A stretch of DNA of 64,000 nt, from assembly GCF_006345805.1 (NCBI RefSeq), contig NC_043001.1:119908001-119972000 (forward strand), written 5' to 3'. The DNA comes from Octopus sinensis. Its lineage: Eukaryota. Below are positions 13,600 to 27,020 of the stretch, in pieces; the stretch's first letter is position 1, and each line of letters begins with the position of its first letter. Under the pieces are notes generated by a model. The model searched no databases, had not been told where the DNA came from, and saw only the letters and a list, made by a program, of their open reading frames with translations. Both the position numbers and the translations under genes were made by a program.

Positions 13600-14380
13600 G
13601 TGTTTAGAAACACAATGCCTTCTGCATCTCTAAAAGCTGAGGCCATCAACTTCCCTGTAGACGAAATGACCATGACCTTCTTTGGAGCAGGTGGAGAGGG
13701 CATGTTTCCAATGCATGGATTGTCTTTTTGTCTTTCGCTCAAAGTGATGAAACCAACACTCATCCTGACTTATGAAATTTTCAAATAAACCAGTTAGATC
13801 TGCTTTAAACAATGTCAGGTTCTGCTGTGATGTGATCAACCTGGTGCACTTTTGATCTGGTATTAGATGTGACACCCACTGAGCAGAAACCTTTGTCATA
13901 CCAAGTTCATTATGCAGAATATTCTCAACTCTCTTAAGGGATATGCTAATAACATTGGCTATTTGATTTAAACTCAATTGCCTGTCACCCATCACCATGT
14001 GGACAACACAATGTGTTCCTCAGTGGTTGCAGGACGTCCAGACTTTGGGTCGTTTTCGAGACCCCTTTCCCCTCCTAAATTCAGCTGCCCACTTTTGCAC
14101 AGGTCATAAAGCTGGTGTATAATAAAGCATAGATGTCCTTGGGGGCTAAAACTTTTTTCTGCAGGTCCTTGATAACACCATGATGCCAAATTTTATCTAT
14201 TTTGAAGAGAAATTGCTACTAGTTACTTCTGAAGTCTCCTTTGAACAGTGAGATGTCAGCTGACCTGTAAAGAAACGGTGCAGTTATTAAGAAGAGTTGA
14301 AATTAATGAATGCAAGATTTTTACATTCTTAACATCATTCCTTTCTAGTCAGCCTATGAACTTTTCAGTTTGCTCTCATA
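13600..14380 (-). mobile_element. Degenerate mariner transposase fragment with left TIR
   Basis: DPKSGRP, KVSAQWVSHL (WVPHEL-like), QDECWFHHFE and KKVMV motifs. TIR-like TATGAGAGCAAACTGAAAAGTTC at 14380. Confidence 0.85.
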
Positions 14381-14490
14381 ACTGGTCAAAAATATTCTAC
14401 TTGACAATATACACACACTTTATGTTGTCACATTTTTTATATATGTATATTGTATGTTTTTATATATATTTCCTGTTGATCTCTTTACAG

Positions 14491-14596
14491 ACTTCACGTG
14501 GAATTGATGCTGAGAATGTAAATCTTGTGATAAACTTAGACTTGCCAAAAAATCCCAGAGTGTATCTTCATCGTATTGGGCGTGCTGGTCGATATG
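14491..14596 (+). CDS. DDX20: DDX20 exon 8 (motifs V and VI)
   Basis: CAG acceptor. Encodes [17 protein letters not shown]...[12 protein letters not shown]. Donor GTAAGT. Confidence 0.95.
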
Positions 14597-17420
14597 GTAA
14601 GTCATATTTATGTACACCAAAATTCCACACACATACATTGCTTCTGGCATTGTATAGACTGCTTTTGTCTCTTATTTTAAAAGGGACACTTTATTAATAA
14701 CCTTAGTATGTCATAAAGTAATGCAAATGTTTTGTTGTCACAGCATATAAAATGATGTTATACTCCAAAAAGTGGCAAGGAAGATGTGCTAAAAGTACCA
14801 TTCTATATCACGGGGATCATTCCTGTGAATAGCGATATTTATCCTTATTTATTCCTAAGAAGGTAGATTGGAGGCCCAAAAGCTGAACATTTCTATTGTA
14901 GATTTAAAAAGAAACCCATTGAAGAAAAACTGGTATTTTGTCAGCTTATGATCTGTCTGTTTGTCAAGTGATGGAGTCTGGTTCTGATGCTGACTTTTTG
15001 TCTGTATTAGTTCTTACTGAAAATTAATTTGGCACTGTTACAGTTGCAAAAGTTTACTGTAGTGGAATTTGATAAACAATTCAATATTTAAAATGCTGAG
15101 ATGAATTATTGTCATGGCATTTATTTTTAATGTATTTTCATACCCTACATGCCAGAGCTTGTTTCTTTACTTCTACCTGCTCTTGTTCCGTCACTCATAA
15201 TATGCTTGTTTCACCTTCTTGGTCAAGGCTTTTTTGTTACTCAAAGACAGGCTTGTTCATCATTCAAAGACACACATTTCCAGTTGGGTTTTTCATTATT
15301 TTTCTTTCTAAGGTGTTACAAAATGTGAGAGATGAAGTTTGATATCCCCAAATGTATTTTGTCTTTATCTAGAAACATCAATTAATGTGTGATGTCTCTT
15401 GTACAGTTGATCATTAAGATATCAGAATAATGATAATGTTGAGAATTTTCAGCAGAATTTCCTCTGAAACATCTCAGTAGTTAAGACTGAATTTGTTATG
15501 ATTTTGAGATTTTACCTTTGATACTGCAAAACTCTTGTCAATTATAAGCTTATCTGAGCTGTTATCTGAGCTACTGAAGGTTCAATGTCTTTGCTAGAGT
15601 CATGACATTGTAGTAGTAATTAGATGCAAGCTGTAGATCTCATAAAAGATGTTTAACTTTTCAATGTGAAGGAAATAAAACAGAATCGATAGATTTTTTG
15701 TTCTTTAACTGCCCAACTCAAAATTGCCTCCCTTAAAGTCAACTGCTTAGTAGTTTTGGGGACGATGCACAAGTTAGTCTCTATCGTATTAAAGGAATGG
15801 GAGATAAATATTTCAGTGGATAAAGTACTACTATATCATGTGTAGTTTCTCTTGCAGAAAAAAAAATTATTGCTACATATGAACATTCTAAATATTCCCA
15901 TAAAAAATGTACCCTTTTGATTGGCATGGTTTTCTTGACCAGCATATTGCAAACTTTGGCCTACAGATGTGCTGCTCTTTTTAACATTACTAGTTTGGTC
16001 TCTGTTCCTCATGCTTGCTGGTATCATGCCACTTTTCACCCAGTCCCATCTAAATATCTTGTCTCCTCTATTTTGTCTATGCTGCAGGCCTGTGATACCT
16101 GCTCTTCCCAATTTGTTCCCTCTAAAATTCCCTCTCATGTTAAGTTTTTCTTTGAACTGTTCAAGACAAGCCTCATCTGCATTGATATCAGTTGTCTTGG
16201 AGATCTATGAAGATCATAGTCATCGACTCTTTCTCATGACCAAATTTTGACAAACCTATTCCTGAATGATCTAACACTATCTTTTATGAACCACAAACTC
16301 CTCTACTAGATGTCTGGTACCCTATTGACTTACTGAAAATATATGATGTGTAGCATGTTTGCTTCTGCTATGATTTAACATTGGACCATGTTCTAGCTGT
16401 GGTCACATCATCTTTATTGTGGAAAAGCTGTTCAAAGAATGTTTAAGGACTTGAATATGATCTGCCATTTTAAAAATTGTTGGGAGATCATTGTGATAGA
16501 ATTTGTTGACCAAGTTGGCCTACTACATAGAAATAAAAGAACAATGTAGTTACCATGTCACACTCAACAATATTGTCTTTCATTATCATGCTCTAGCAGA
16601 GTGATTTATTTTTCATTATAATTCTTTTGATGTCTACTTATATTATTCTACCTCAAAATAGAGATTCTCTTATCACTTATCTACCCAGTACGGATAAGAC
16701 TTCATGTTGCTGAAGAGGTCTGATGAGACTGAAGCATATTTAAAGTTGTAGCCTGCACTTGCCAACATCAGATATTAGTCGTTGAGCTGTTTTCTTCTTT
16801 TTATTGCATACATACTATTAATGAGATTTTTTTCCTTCAGTCTGATGAATATGATGACACTAATTTAACATAGATTTTCCTTTGCTGCATCAAATTAACT
16901 GAATTTTTTTCATCTTCTTTTTATGTTCTTTAACACTTTCCCAGTTTTGTGTGTTGATGGGCCAAATCAAAAGAATATTGGACAAATATCCAAGAGGTCT
17001 ATAGTCTGTACCTGGACATTCTGTAAAATGACTAGTGTTAGGAAGGGCATCCAGCCATAAGAAACCATGCCAAAGCAGACAGCAGAGCTTGGTACTGTCT
17101 TTTGACCTGCTGGTTCCAGTTGATCTGTACAATCCATGCCAGTATGGAAAATGGGCATTGAATGATGATGATGATGATAATGATACTGTATATTGTCCAT
17201 TACCAAGATACTTAGCTAGTACTTAGTAGGTACTACAGGTGATATCATTTATCATTGTTTATAGGCGTTGACCTGTACAGTTGAATGATTCACCAGTGTA
17301 CAATGCTGAATCCAATTTCAACCCTTATCCATGGAAAAATTAGTGATGTCTGACTGGTCACACTCTGTTATTTTATATACTAACAGTGGCACAGCTGAAG
17401 AATTTCTCTATTTATTTCAG

Positions 17421-17522
17421 GGAGCTATGGTGCTGCAATAACTTTGGTTGCTGGAGATGTTGGCATGAAATGTCTGAAAAAGGTCGAGAGTGTTTGTAAT
17501 ACATCTCTGAAACCACTTCCAG
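17421..17522 (+). CDS. DDX20: DDX20 exon 9
   Basis: TTTCAG acceptor. Encodes GSYGAAITLV...SLKPLP. Donor GTCAG. Phase 1 at both ends fits the neighbouring exons. Confidence 0.9.
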
Positions 17523-18769
17523 GTCAGAAAATCTTCGTTTTTTTTATGATTTTAACTTCCTTCATTGAATTCTTGCTTTTATCTGCCTAATTTTTTCTTG
17601 TTTTTTCTTTCCATAAGAATTTAACTCTGTTTTGAAAATACAGGCGACTGCAAAAATTGGAACAAGACTAGGCTAATGTATAATTTTTATGAAAATGAAT
17701 CATAAGGATAAGGCCATTACCGATTGGGATGAATTATCTTTGTCTTTTTACTTGTTTCACTCAGTACTTTTTTCTTTCCCCCTTTTTTTTTAGTCTGGTA
17801 CTTATTCTACCAGTCTCTTTTGCTGATCCATAAAGTTAAAGGAACATAAATAAGCCATCACTAGTTGTAGAATGGTTGTTGGGTTTGGGGACAAACACAG
17901 ACATGCATACAGTTTCCATCCACTAAATGCACTCATAAGGCATAGAAGTTATAGAAGACACTTGTTCAAGATGTTGTATAGTGAGATTGAACCTGAAACC
18001 ACATAATTGCAAAGCGAGCTTTTTAACCATACTGTCATAGACATAAATTAAATCCATGTTACTGTAATCAGAATAACCGTAATGCTATTACTGTGTCGGT
18101 CCTTTATACTTTTTGCTGTTGTGACTGATATTTTAGAAAACTGATATTCTTCGAACCAGTGAGGGAACTTAGAAAAGATGGATTATCCCAGCTAGAACAC
18201 CTTTAATAATAGCCTGAGCTGATCGAGAGCAAATTGAATTATTGGTCAAAATAATTCAGTATTAAAATAGTTATTGTGTATTTTAGCTGACCTTAATATC
18301 CCTAATTTGTACCCAGGTAAATATTACTTTTCAAATGTTACTCGAAATATAAACTCAGGGGAAGTAACTCACTTTTAAATATTTCATTTGAGGAGAAAAG
18401 ATGTGGAGAAAAAGAAAACATCCTTCTACAAAGATCACGAAGAAGGAAAAATAACTTGAAAATATAACATTTCAATATGTTGACCTGTGTCTGTTTAATA
18501 TAAGATTATTTTATACATTTCACTTTTAAATCAAAGAGTACAAAAATCATGTAGAATAATGAATTCTTATTGGTGGGATTTCAGATGATAAGTTAATATT
18601 GAAAAGCATTTTTAGTCTAATACTCTACTGATTCTTGCAATCTTTTAGTAGTTTGAATATAAAGCAGATGAAGGTATTTTCCCTTGAATTTCTGTAAACA
18701 ATGAAACTGTTCAAAGAAAAAGAAAAATTTCTATTTCAGTTATCAACATATTCAAATGAATTTATGGTA

Positions 18770-20820
18770 ATTAGGGGATGCTGAATCCATAAATGACATC
18801 TGTTCTTCCAGATGGGCTCTTGTTTTTGAAATAATGGATTCACCTCAAATTTTGATGCCCCAGTCTACAGAAATTTTCCCAAATATGATTAGAATGTAGA
18901 GTTAATTGTAGTCAGTTGTCGTAATACTTTAACATTCAACAATTCAGCCAAAGATACCATAGTTGATAATACCATTGAATCGTCCAATTTTACCAACATA
19001 TCTACTGACATATGCAGCAGGGTTTTCAATCTCCATATTTTACTCTTCTACATTATTATTCAATTTTATTGTGAACAATTGATTTTTTTTTTTTCGTTGA
19101 GAGATAATGAAGTAAATAGTTCATTACAACAAGCCATTTTGAATATTCCAAGTGTATTTTACTACATCTGTGACAAATATACTATGTAAAAGCATAGAAA
19201 AAATATCATTGACTTTGTAAAAAGAGCATATCTTTCTCATTTTGGAGTAAAGCTTGGTGATCAACGTAAGTTATGGGCTCACTGTAAACAATGCAATGTC
19301 TCTATAGACTCCCTTCAGAAATGTACAGAAGTACAATGAAACAATTAGTTTTCAGAGGGTTGAGGGTGTGACAAGAGCTACAAAACTACTACAGTGATGG
19401 TTGTGTGTCATTTGTCTTGGAGGTTTCAATTGCTGCAAAAGACAAAGATGGAAATATCCTGATTTGGAATCTGCGTAGAGACCTGTACCACATTGCAAAA
19501 AATTTCCAGTATTAGTGTTTACCTCTCTATCTGAGCTTTCTTTTATCAGATGTTGAAGAAATGCAAAGTTTGGTTTTTACTGCAGTTGGTAACAGTGGAA
19601 ATGAATGTGAAGTAAGTATTTTGTCAGTAAAACAGCTCCCCTAAAAGAAGATAATGATCTGATGTGAAACCACAGTCTTCTTGTGCAGTTCATTGAACTT
19701 ATAACATCCTGGTTGAAAACAAAAAAAGTGGCTACAACCAAAAGTTAAAATAACAGCCTATTGAAAAAGAGAGGAGGCACTTCTCCCTTACTTCAGCAAA
19801 GATGAAAATCTTGTCTACTGCTATTATATCCATGGACTTTTACTCTAATTGGGAATACCAGAATATTGACCACAAGATTGGTGGCTTTTTATTGACAGCT
19901 CCATCAAAAGTTTGAAATGCATTTTACTATGTAATGGAAATTGCCTTGCATTTTCACCAATTGCTTGTCAAATTTAAAGAAGAATATGAAAACCTTAACA
20001 TTGTTTTGCAGAAGCTCTACTATCATTTGTATTTGTGCTCTATTTGCTTTGACTGAAAGATGGTGTATTTATTGGTTGGACACCAAAGTGTTTCATGTGC
20101 TTATGGGGCAGTCAAACAAGGCCAGATCATTGGGGAGAAAAGGTGACATGGCGTTCAAGGGAGACAATGGCTGTCGGAACAATGACCATCATTGACAAAC
20201 CATTAATTCAAAGAGAAAACATTTTCTCTCTCCTCTGTAGTAGACTCACAAAGCAGTTTGTTAAAGCTTTTGACAGAGATGGTGATTACTTCAAGTATAT
20301 TTATAGATCGTTGCAAGAGAACTTCTTGCTGATTCTCATATTTGTAAATTCATCATAGATTCTAGTTTTTTGTAATATATGAATGCTTTTAAAAATTTCT
20401 GCTTGGTGAAGTTCTCAGTCATTGAACATTTCTTGGGGAGCATGAAAGCAGAAAAATATGAAGAATTGGTGGAAAGAATACTGAACGATTTTGAAAATAA
20501 AAGTACACTCCCTCCATAGCCACTTGGACAGGTTTTCAGAAAATCTTAGAGATTTCAGTGAGGAAACAAGAGCTGAGGTATCTGCCATAATATAAAAGAG
20601 CAGATAATAAAAACAAAAGTATTTTTTATTCCAACATTTGATATGAAATAGATTAGCCAACCTGATGTTAAAAAATCAATTCTGCAACTATTGTATGTCA
20701 TAAAGGTAACAGAGGCTTAGGAGATTAAGCATGGTGGAATCTCAAATATGGGGTCTTCGACTATCTTAGCTTTAGCCAGTCTAGCAAACCAATTACATAT
20801 TCAGATTCAGCACCCCAAAC
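18770..20820 (+). mobile_element. Heavily decayed DNA transposon (DDE type; Sola-like assignment tentative)
   Basis: Relic peptides FGVKLGDQRKLWA, WWLFIDSSIKSLKCILLCNGN and KVHSLHSHLDRFSENL. Inverted repeat GGGGATGCTGAATC / GATTCAGCACCCC near the ends. Confidence 0.65.
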
Positions 20821-23320
20821 TTTAACCCTTTAATATTTAATCCAGCCATATCTGGCCAAAATAATCTACCTCTTTTATCTTCAAACTGACCAAATCCAGC
20901 CTCTTACGGCTACCTTACAATATTATTCTAAAAGTAAACAATCATGTCATTGAAATCTCAAATCTATGAGGTAATGCATGACCAATATGTATTAATGTTA
21001 ATAAATAAGCATTACATTTTACAGAGAAATTTGAATGCTGAAAAGTTAAAATTATTCCAATTATTTTGGCAGTGACATTAGGGGAGATAATTCAGAAACT
21101 AATAGTTATTTATTTTAATTTTAACCTGTCTGAATTATCTTCTGGTTCTAGGATACAAATTTCTTGTTTCAAAGTGATCTGGATTAAGATCTTCCATCAA
21201 AATTTTGTGTTAATTTATGTTCCAAACACCAGCTTAATAATAACAGTTATTTTATTAAAGTTTTCATTATTATTGAAATTAGTTGCAACGAATGCAGTTA
21301 CATTTCACAGAAATATGCTAGTACAAGGGTTAATTAACCCTTCACCCAGTGTACCTGTGAAGAATTGTTATGTTAGCCTCTATTCAGCCCTGATCAATCA
21401 AATCTATGATCAAATTTATTTCATCAGTAACCTTTTTCTATATTCTGGATGACATGGACTGGTATATCATTCCTTTTTTAAGATTAAAGGGTTTTATCTG
21501 AAAGAAATTTGGCTGCTTTTTTTCATTTAGGCTCTTAATTTGTTTTAACTTAATACTGTTTGGGTACTAGACTTGACTTAGGCCAGGTTTGGGGACTATG
21601 CCTTCACTTCCCATTAGTCTTAAAAACTTAAATACTGTCCTTCCCACTTCAAAGAAAAAAATTGTCACTTCAACACCAAGGTTACAAGCTGTTGTTTTGT
21701 GATTCAAACTTATATTTGCCTTTCATCTTTGCCATATTACAAAGCTGCAGAAGGTCTAAAAATATATACTAGTGAGAGAAACACTATGTGGTTGCTCCAC
21801 CTGCTGGAAGTAGCCTCAAAATCTCCTTCAAACAATACTTTACTGTTTGATAAAAGAAATAATAAAAAAAACAAGTACATTAGTTAGGATAAACACTTTT
21901 GATCCTAAGTTTGCTTAATCAGGGCTTACCCAGGGTTAAACAGGTTAAGGTTAAAAGTGTATTTGGAGATTAGATAATCCAGACACTATTAGTATTAAAA
22001 TAAGGAACAGGAGGTAAGTTAATGTTAACGAATTTAATGAACAAGAATCAACATATATAATTATTACCTTACTGTAAAGGAAAAAAGTAATTATGTAATG
22101 AAGGAAAAAATTAGTCCGGGACAAATATTAAAAAAAATTTTTTTTTTTGCAAATATGAGCAATAAGTTTGAACATCTTTCTGCCTTATTCTGATCACATC
22201 AGCAAAGTATAACCTTTATTGTACTTGCTAGTTTGAAGTAATGGATGACTAACTGGAAAAATTAGATTACCGAATCATTCCTATATCAATTTCTTCCATT
22301 AGCAACTGTTTACAAATTCGTAAAGGAAGTGTATGGTTACTCCAAATGCCTTCTGCAAGTTTTAACCCTCAAAATATGATTTGTAAAACAAAGTATAATC
22401 CCAAGGGATTTGGTCCCAAAAATAGTTGGACAAAATTGAGTATTGTATTCAGGTATTGAAACATCAGCTGTGTTGTTCCCAGCTTCACCTACAACCATTA
22501 AAATATCAGAAATTCATGAAAATATCCATCATTTTTTAATGGAGTCTGATATATGATGTAGAGAGTATATGTGTCTCTCTGGATGTGTTCCTGCCTATCT
22601 GAGACAAAAAAAATTTGCACATGCGCTTACGCATACACAAACTGTCAGAAGTACATATGCACTCACACACGCACATGTGTGCGTGTGCTGTCAGTCTGTC
22701 TGTCTCTCCCTTTTGTCCCCTTTCTTTCTCTATCTGTCTCACTTTACATATCTTTGTTTTTGTTTGTCTTTCAAACGCTCACATTCACAAATATGTAGAC
22801 ACTAACGAATACCTTCTGATATGGTGATGCATGTATGTAATAAGATAGGCAGACACACATTGAAAGATACATGTATACTGTTACACACTCTGAGCATATT
22901 CCTTTGTTTGACTATTCATTTGTGATATAAGATTTACCTCCAACCAGCTCCTGTTTTTATTGAGATAACATTTCAAGATGGTTTAAACCAAGGCAGAAGA
23001 GCCTATCACCTCCATTTGATATGAGTGACGCATGCACTTTTATCACTTATGTTTGACTTCATAATTAATGACACCATTTCTCAAATGCCTCAGAGAGCTA
23101 TGCTTAATTGTAGATCTGTAGTGTTTGATTCAACCAATGCCAGATCGGGCTCTATTTCGGAACTTGTTGATATGGTAATGCAGGATTGTGAGGTCTGTCA
23201 AACTGAGATTGTCTGTGTGGAAAAAATGGGTTTTGGGGTAAAGCAACATTGCATTTCCTTATTTCTGTATATATTTATACTATGATTTATTCTTTGTGTT
23301 TTATTATATTATTATTGTAG

Positions 23321-25506
23321 ATCCTATACCACATGAACTTATATCGGAAAAGAGCTCTTCTCCAAATGTTTCTCTGGATGATCTTGTTCTCTCAGAAACC
23401 ATTCCAACTAAGCAAGACAGAAATTGTAACAACCTGGACACAGAATCTTCTTTAACATCTGTAAAAAATTTCTCAGAAAACAATCCTGTAAAGTATTCCA
23501 ATCATTCTGATAAACTTAATAATCATCCAGTGATTCCATCCCCAGAAATAGAAATGAAATCAAATTCTGATCAAGAATTACAGCATTACTTTTCTGACCA
23601 AAATTCCGGGTATGTCCACTTGGAAACATCCACGGGTACAGCTTTATTTGAAGCAGAGAAAACTGGAAACAAAGACATAAAAACAAAGGAAACTCGTGAA
23701 AGATCTATTAAGCACAACAACCAGTGTGATGACAAGATGTCTATAGAACTTTCAGAGTCATCTGAAGTGAGTGAGGGTAACAATAATGCGTCTGAAGAAG
23801 CTAAAATTGAAATATTTAAGGTATGTGAAAAACAAGATAGCTCAAATGTTTCTGATGATATTTCATTGAAATATGACCAGTGGAACCAAGGTGGACTTAG
23901 TCTAGATACATTGAATGATACTGAGAGCCATGAACAAAAACCCGAGCCTAAAATTGCATCAGCAAATGATGTTCTATTTCATGAACAGACACACTATGAT
24001 ATTGTTAAATCTACAGGAGACCAAGATGAGTGCCATTCACACAGAGACCTGACTGCTGTCATTCCAACAGAAAGCAATGAGGTCCACCAACAAGAACTCA
24101 GTCATGTTGCCAAGGCAACGATTACTGCTGTCGATAGTCACATAGAGAAACCTGATACTTGTGCAACGTCAACAGAAAATATTGATGAACTTCTTGTAGA
24201 AGAACATATTTCAGATGTTTCTTGTATTAGAGCTACTAATGGTACTCACCATGTTTTATCAGTAGATGCAGACAATAACCACCACCAAGCATCTATGTCA
24301 CAAAAATCCACAAGCTCCTGTTTGAACAATCAAGTCGATGGCCTTTGGCCTTGGGGAACAATTCCTCAGTACAAGAAATCAAAAGAAGTTGGTGAATATT
24401 CTGAACTTTGTAAAAAATTCAAGTCTTTCCAAATTAATGACAATGAGCCTAAGTGTGAAAATATAGAATCTCTTATGCCTACAACTGCTCCTTTATGCTT
24501 GGAATCGGTCCCAAATGTAAGTAGCATACTGAACAAATTTTACAGACAATCTTCAGCCAAACTGCTGAATGAAATTTATGATAACCAACCTATCTCTTCC
24601 AGTAAGCAGCAAAATCAGAACAATGTCAACAACAAGGATAATATCTCAGAGCCAAAAATGTTGTCAGCAGATGGTGAAGAAGCATCCTCTGTGGTGTTGC
24701 CTGTAAATGCTGTGACAAATGTGCAGTGTGCTGAAGAGAACCTTTCCAAAGATGATTGCATTACTGATGATGCTAAAACATTGGTTAATAAGGGTGAAAG
24801 ACAGCGTTACAATTTAGTCTTCGAGAAAACTAATACTTCTTCCAAATTGCAAGTTTCTTTAAAAAGAGATGAAGTCAGTGGTGAACTTAGTCCAAATGAT
24901 TCTGTATCTAAAATCAAAACTGAGAATCACAAGACACCACGCAATGCAGGCTCTTTGAGGTCTAAGCCAATTGATGTGCCACAGAAGTTTGTTCCTGTAA
25001 AGAATAAGAGCAACAACTTGAAATTTGGTTCGGTCCATGTGCAACCTGATCGACTAAAGGAGGACTTCTCTTTAAGTGAGGACAGTGATTCTTCAACAAC
25101 TTCAAATATTTCAAGTTCCTATTCAGAAGAAGATGACTTCTCTGAGTCTTCTTCATCATCAGAATACAGTTTTTCTGATTCTCTTTCTTCCATATCCTCA
25201 GATGTAAGTGAGCCATGTCACAAAACTTCTGCTGGTCACAACCCCAGTTTTCCATGGCAATCCCTGACTGGTTATCCTTTATTTTATCCCTCATATCCCT
25301 ATCATTATACATGGGCCAATTGGATGCCCCAAGCTTGTCAGTCAGTTTCACAAAGACCACCTGTGTTACCTGTTCCAAATCCATTTCACTCTCCTCCCAC
25401 AATTCCACCTGCTTCATTAACTCGGCAACAATTTGCTCATTCATATTTTCAACAATACAACTACATTCAGTGGATGGTTAGAAATTCTGTTTTGCAGAAT
25501 AAATAG
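23321..25506 (+). CDS. DDX20: DDX20 exon 10, long low-complexity C-terminal tail and stop
   Basis: TGTAG acceptor joins PLP to DPIP in frame with the 736-aa ORF. Exon lengths sum to 3390 nt (1129 aa + TAG). Confidence 0.88.
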
Positions 25507-26675
25507 ACATTTTTTCCTTCTCATCTCTGTCTTGATTACTTGCAAAATGTTTAATATTTGGTTCTGTCTGTTTATTAAATTTCTAAATTTTATATAAAAC
25601 AATACACGAATTATACCGAATGCATTGTGTAACCATTACAAAAGTGAGACACAAAGCAAATTTACTAAGTGGACATGGAAGTGATTTCATGCCATGGTCA
25701 AGAGTTCCTCACAACTCTTAAAACCTACCATAACAGCCCTCATTGAAATTTTGGCATTGTGGGCTGTTGGCTTCATTGATGATGATGTAGGACTTGTACC
25801 TATCTTTATATCTGGTAGTAGACTCTGCTACTTTGATCTGCTTGTTGCTAGTCTTCATTGATCCACTGAGGCTATTGTTGATTTTGTCCAGGATCTGCTG
25901 GTTGAACTTAATTATCCTGGTGACGTCTGACTTGCTGAGAATAATTTTTCTCTTCATCATAGAAAATATTTCTTCACCAGAGGCCTCTAGCTCTTTCCCA
26001 ACCCTAAATGAAGGTCCTTGTCACTTACAAAAACCTGGTGATCTGAGTCATTGTGGTTAGCAACAAGATATATGAGTACAGTGTGCTTTTTCGTTTTCTG
26101 TGTCAGACTTGAAACTGAAAAGGAATTGGATAGATTACACTATAGCATCTGCTAGTTATGGCTCATTAAAGTTTGTTCAAAAATACTTGGCATGCTCTGT
26201 ATATTAACCCCTGTATTTGTCGACATACTTATTTCCTTTGGAAAGGTGAAAAGCAAAGTCTACACTCTGGATTTGAACTTGGAATGTAAAGACATGTAAC
26301 CAAACACTATTTAGTAATTTGGGAGATATTCTACAGTTTCTGTTGTAGGTATATATGCACACACACACACACACACACACACTCTTATGTATGTAATTTG
26401 CATGTGTGTATGTTGTATGTATATAATTGTTCATTATAAAGAATTCAAATCTATTTTTATATGTTTGAGCAAACATAGTTTTGGAATAAATTTGCATGCA
26501 ATAATTTAAAATTACCCAAATGGAAAGCTATTTACAACACTTCACAGTTTTGTATTTCTTCAACTCTTTTGTTCATATAATTTCTTCTCTCTTCTTCTCT
26601 AGTTGCTCCACTCTTTCAAATCAGAGCCTTCACTTTTAGAATAGGAAGGAATATTGGCTTCAGCATCATTCACAA

Positions 26676-27020
26676 TGCTCAACTGGTACTGTTTTATGAA
26701 CCCCAAAAGGATGAAAGGCAAAGTTGACCTTGGTAGAGTTTGAACACAGAATATAAGAACAGATGAAATGCTGCTAAGCATTTAGTCCAGCATACTAACG
26801 GTTTCTTTTCTACTCTAGGCATAAGGCCTGAAATTTCTGGGGAGGGGGCCAGTCGATTACATTGACCCCAGTATGCAACTGGTACTTAATTTATAGACCC
26901 CGAAAGGATGAAATGCGAAGTCAACCTTGGCGGAATTTGAGCATACAATGTAAAGTCAGATGAAATACTGCTTAGCATTTCGCCTGGCATGCTAGCGTTT
27001 CTACCAGCTCACTGCCTTAA
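26676..27020 (-). mobile_element. Two tRNA-derived SINE copies, family A
   Basis: Head GGCAGTGAGCTGG.AGAA and core GCCTTTCATCCTTTCGGGGTCGATAAATTAAGTACCAG (Meta/Sauria-like core, from recall). Other copies at about 13161, 13441, 28575, 31450, 36695, 43080 and 56080. Confidence 0.8.
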
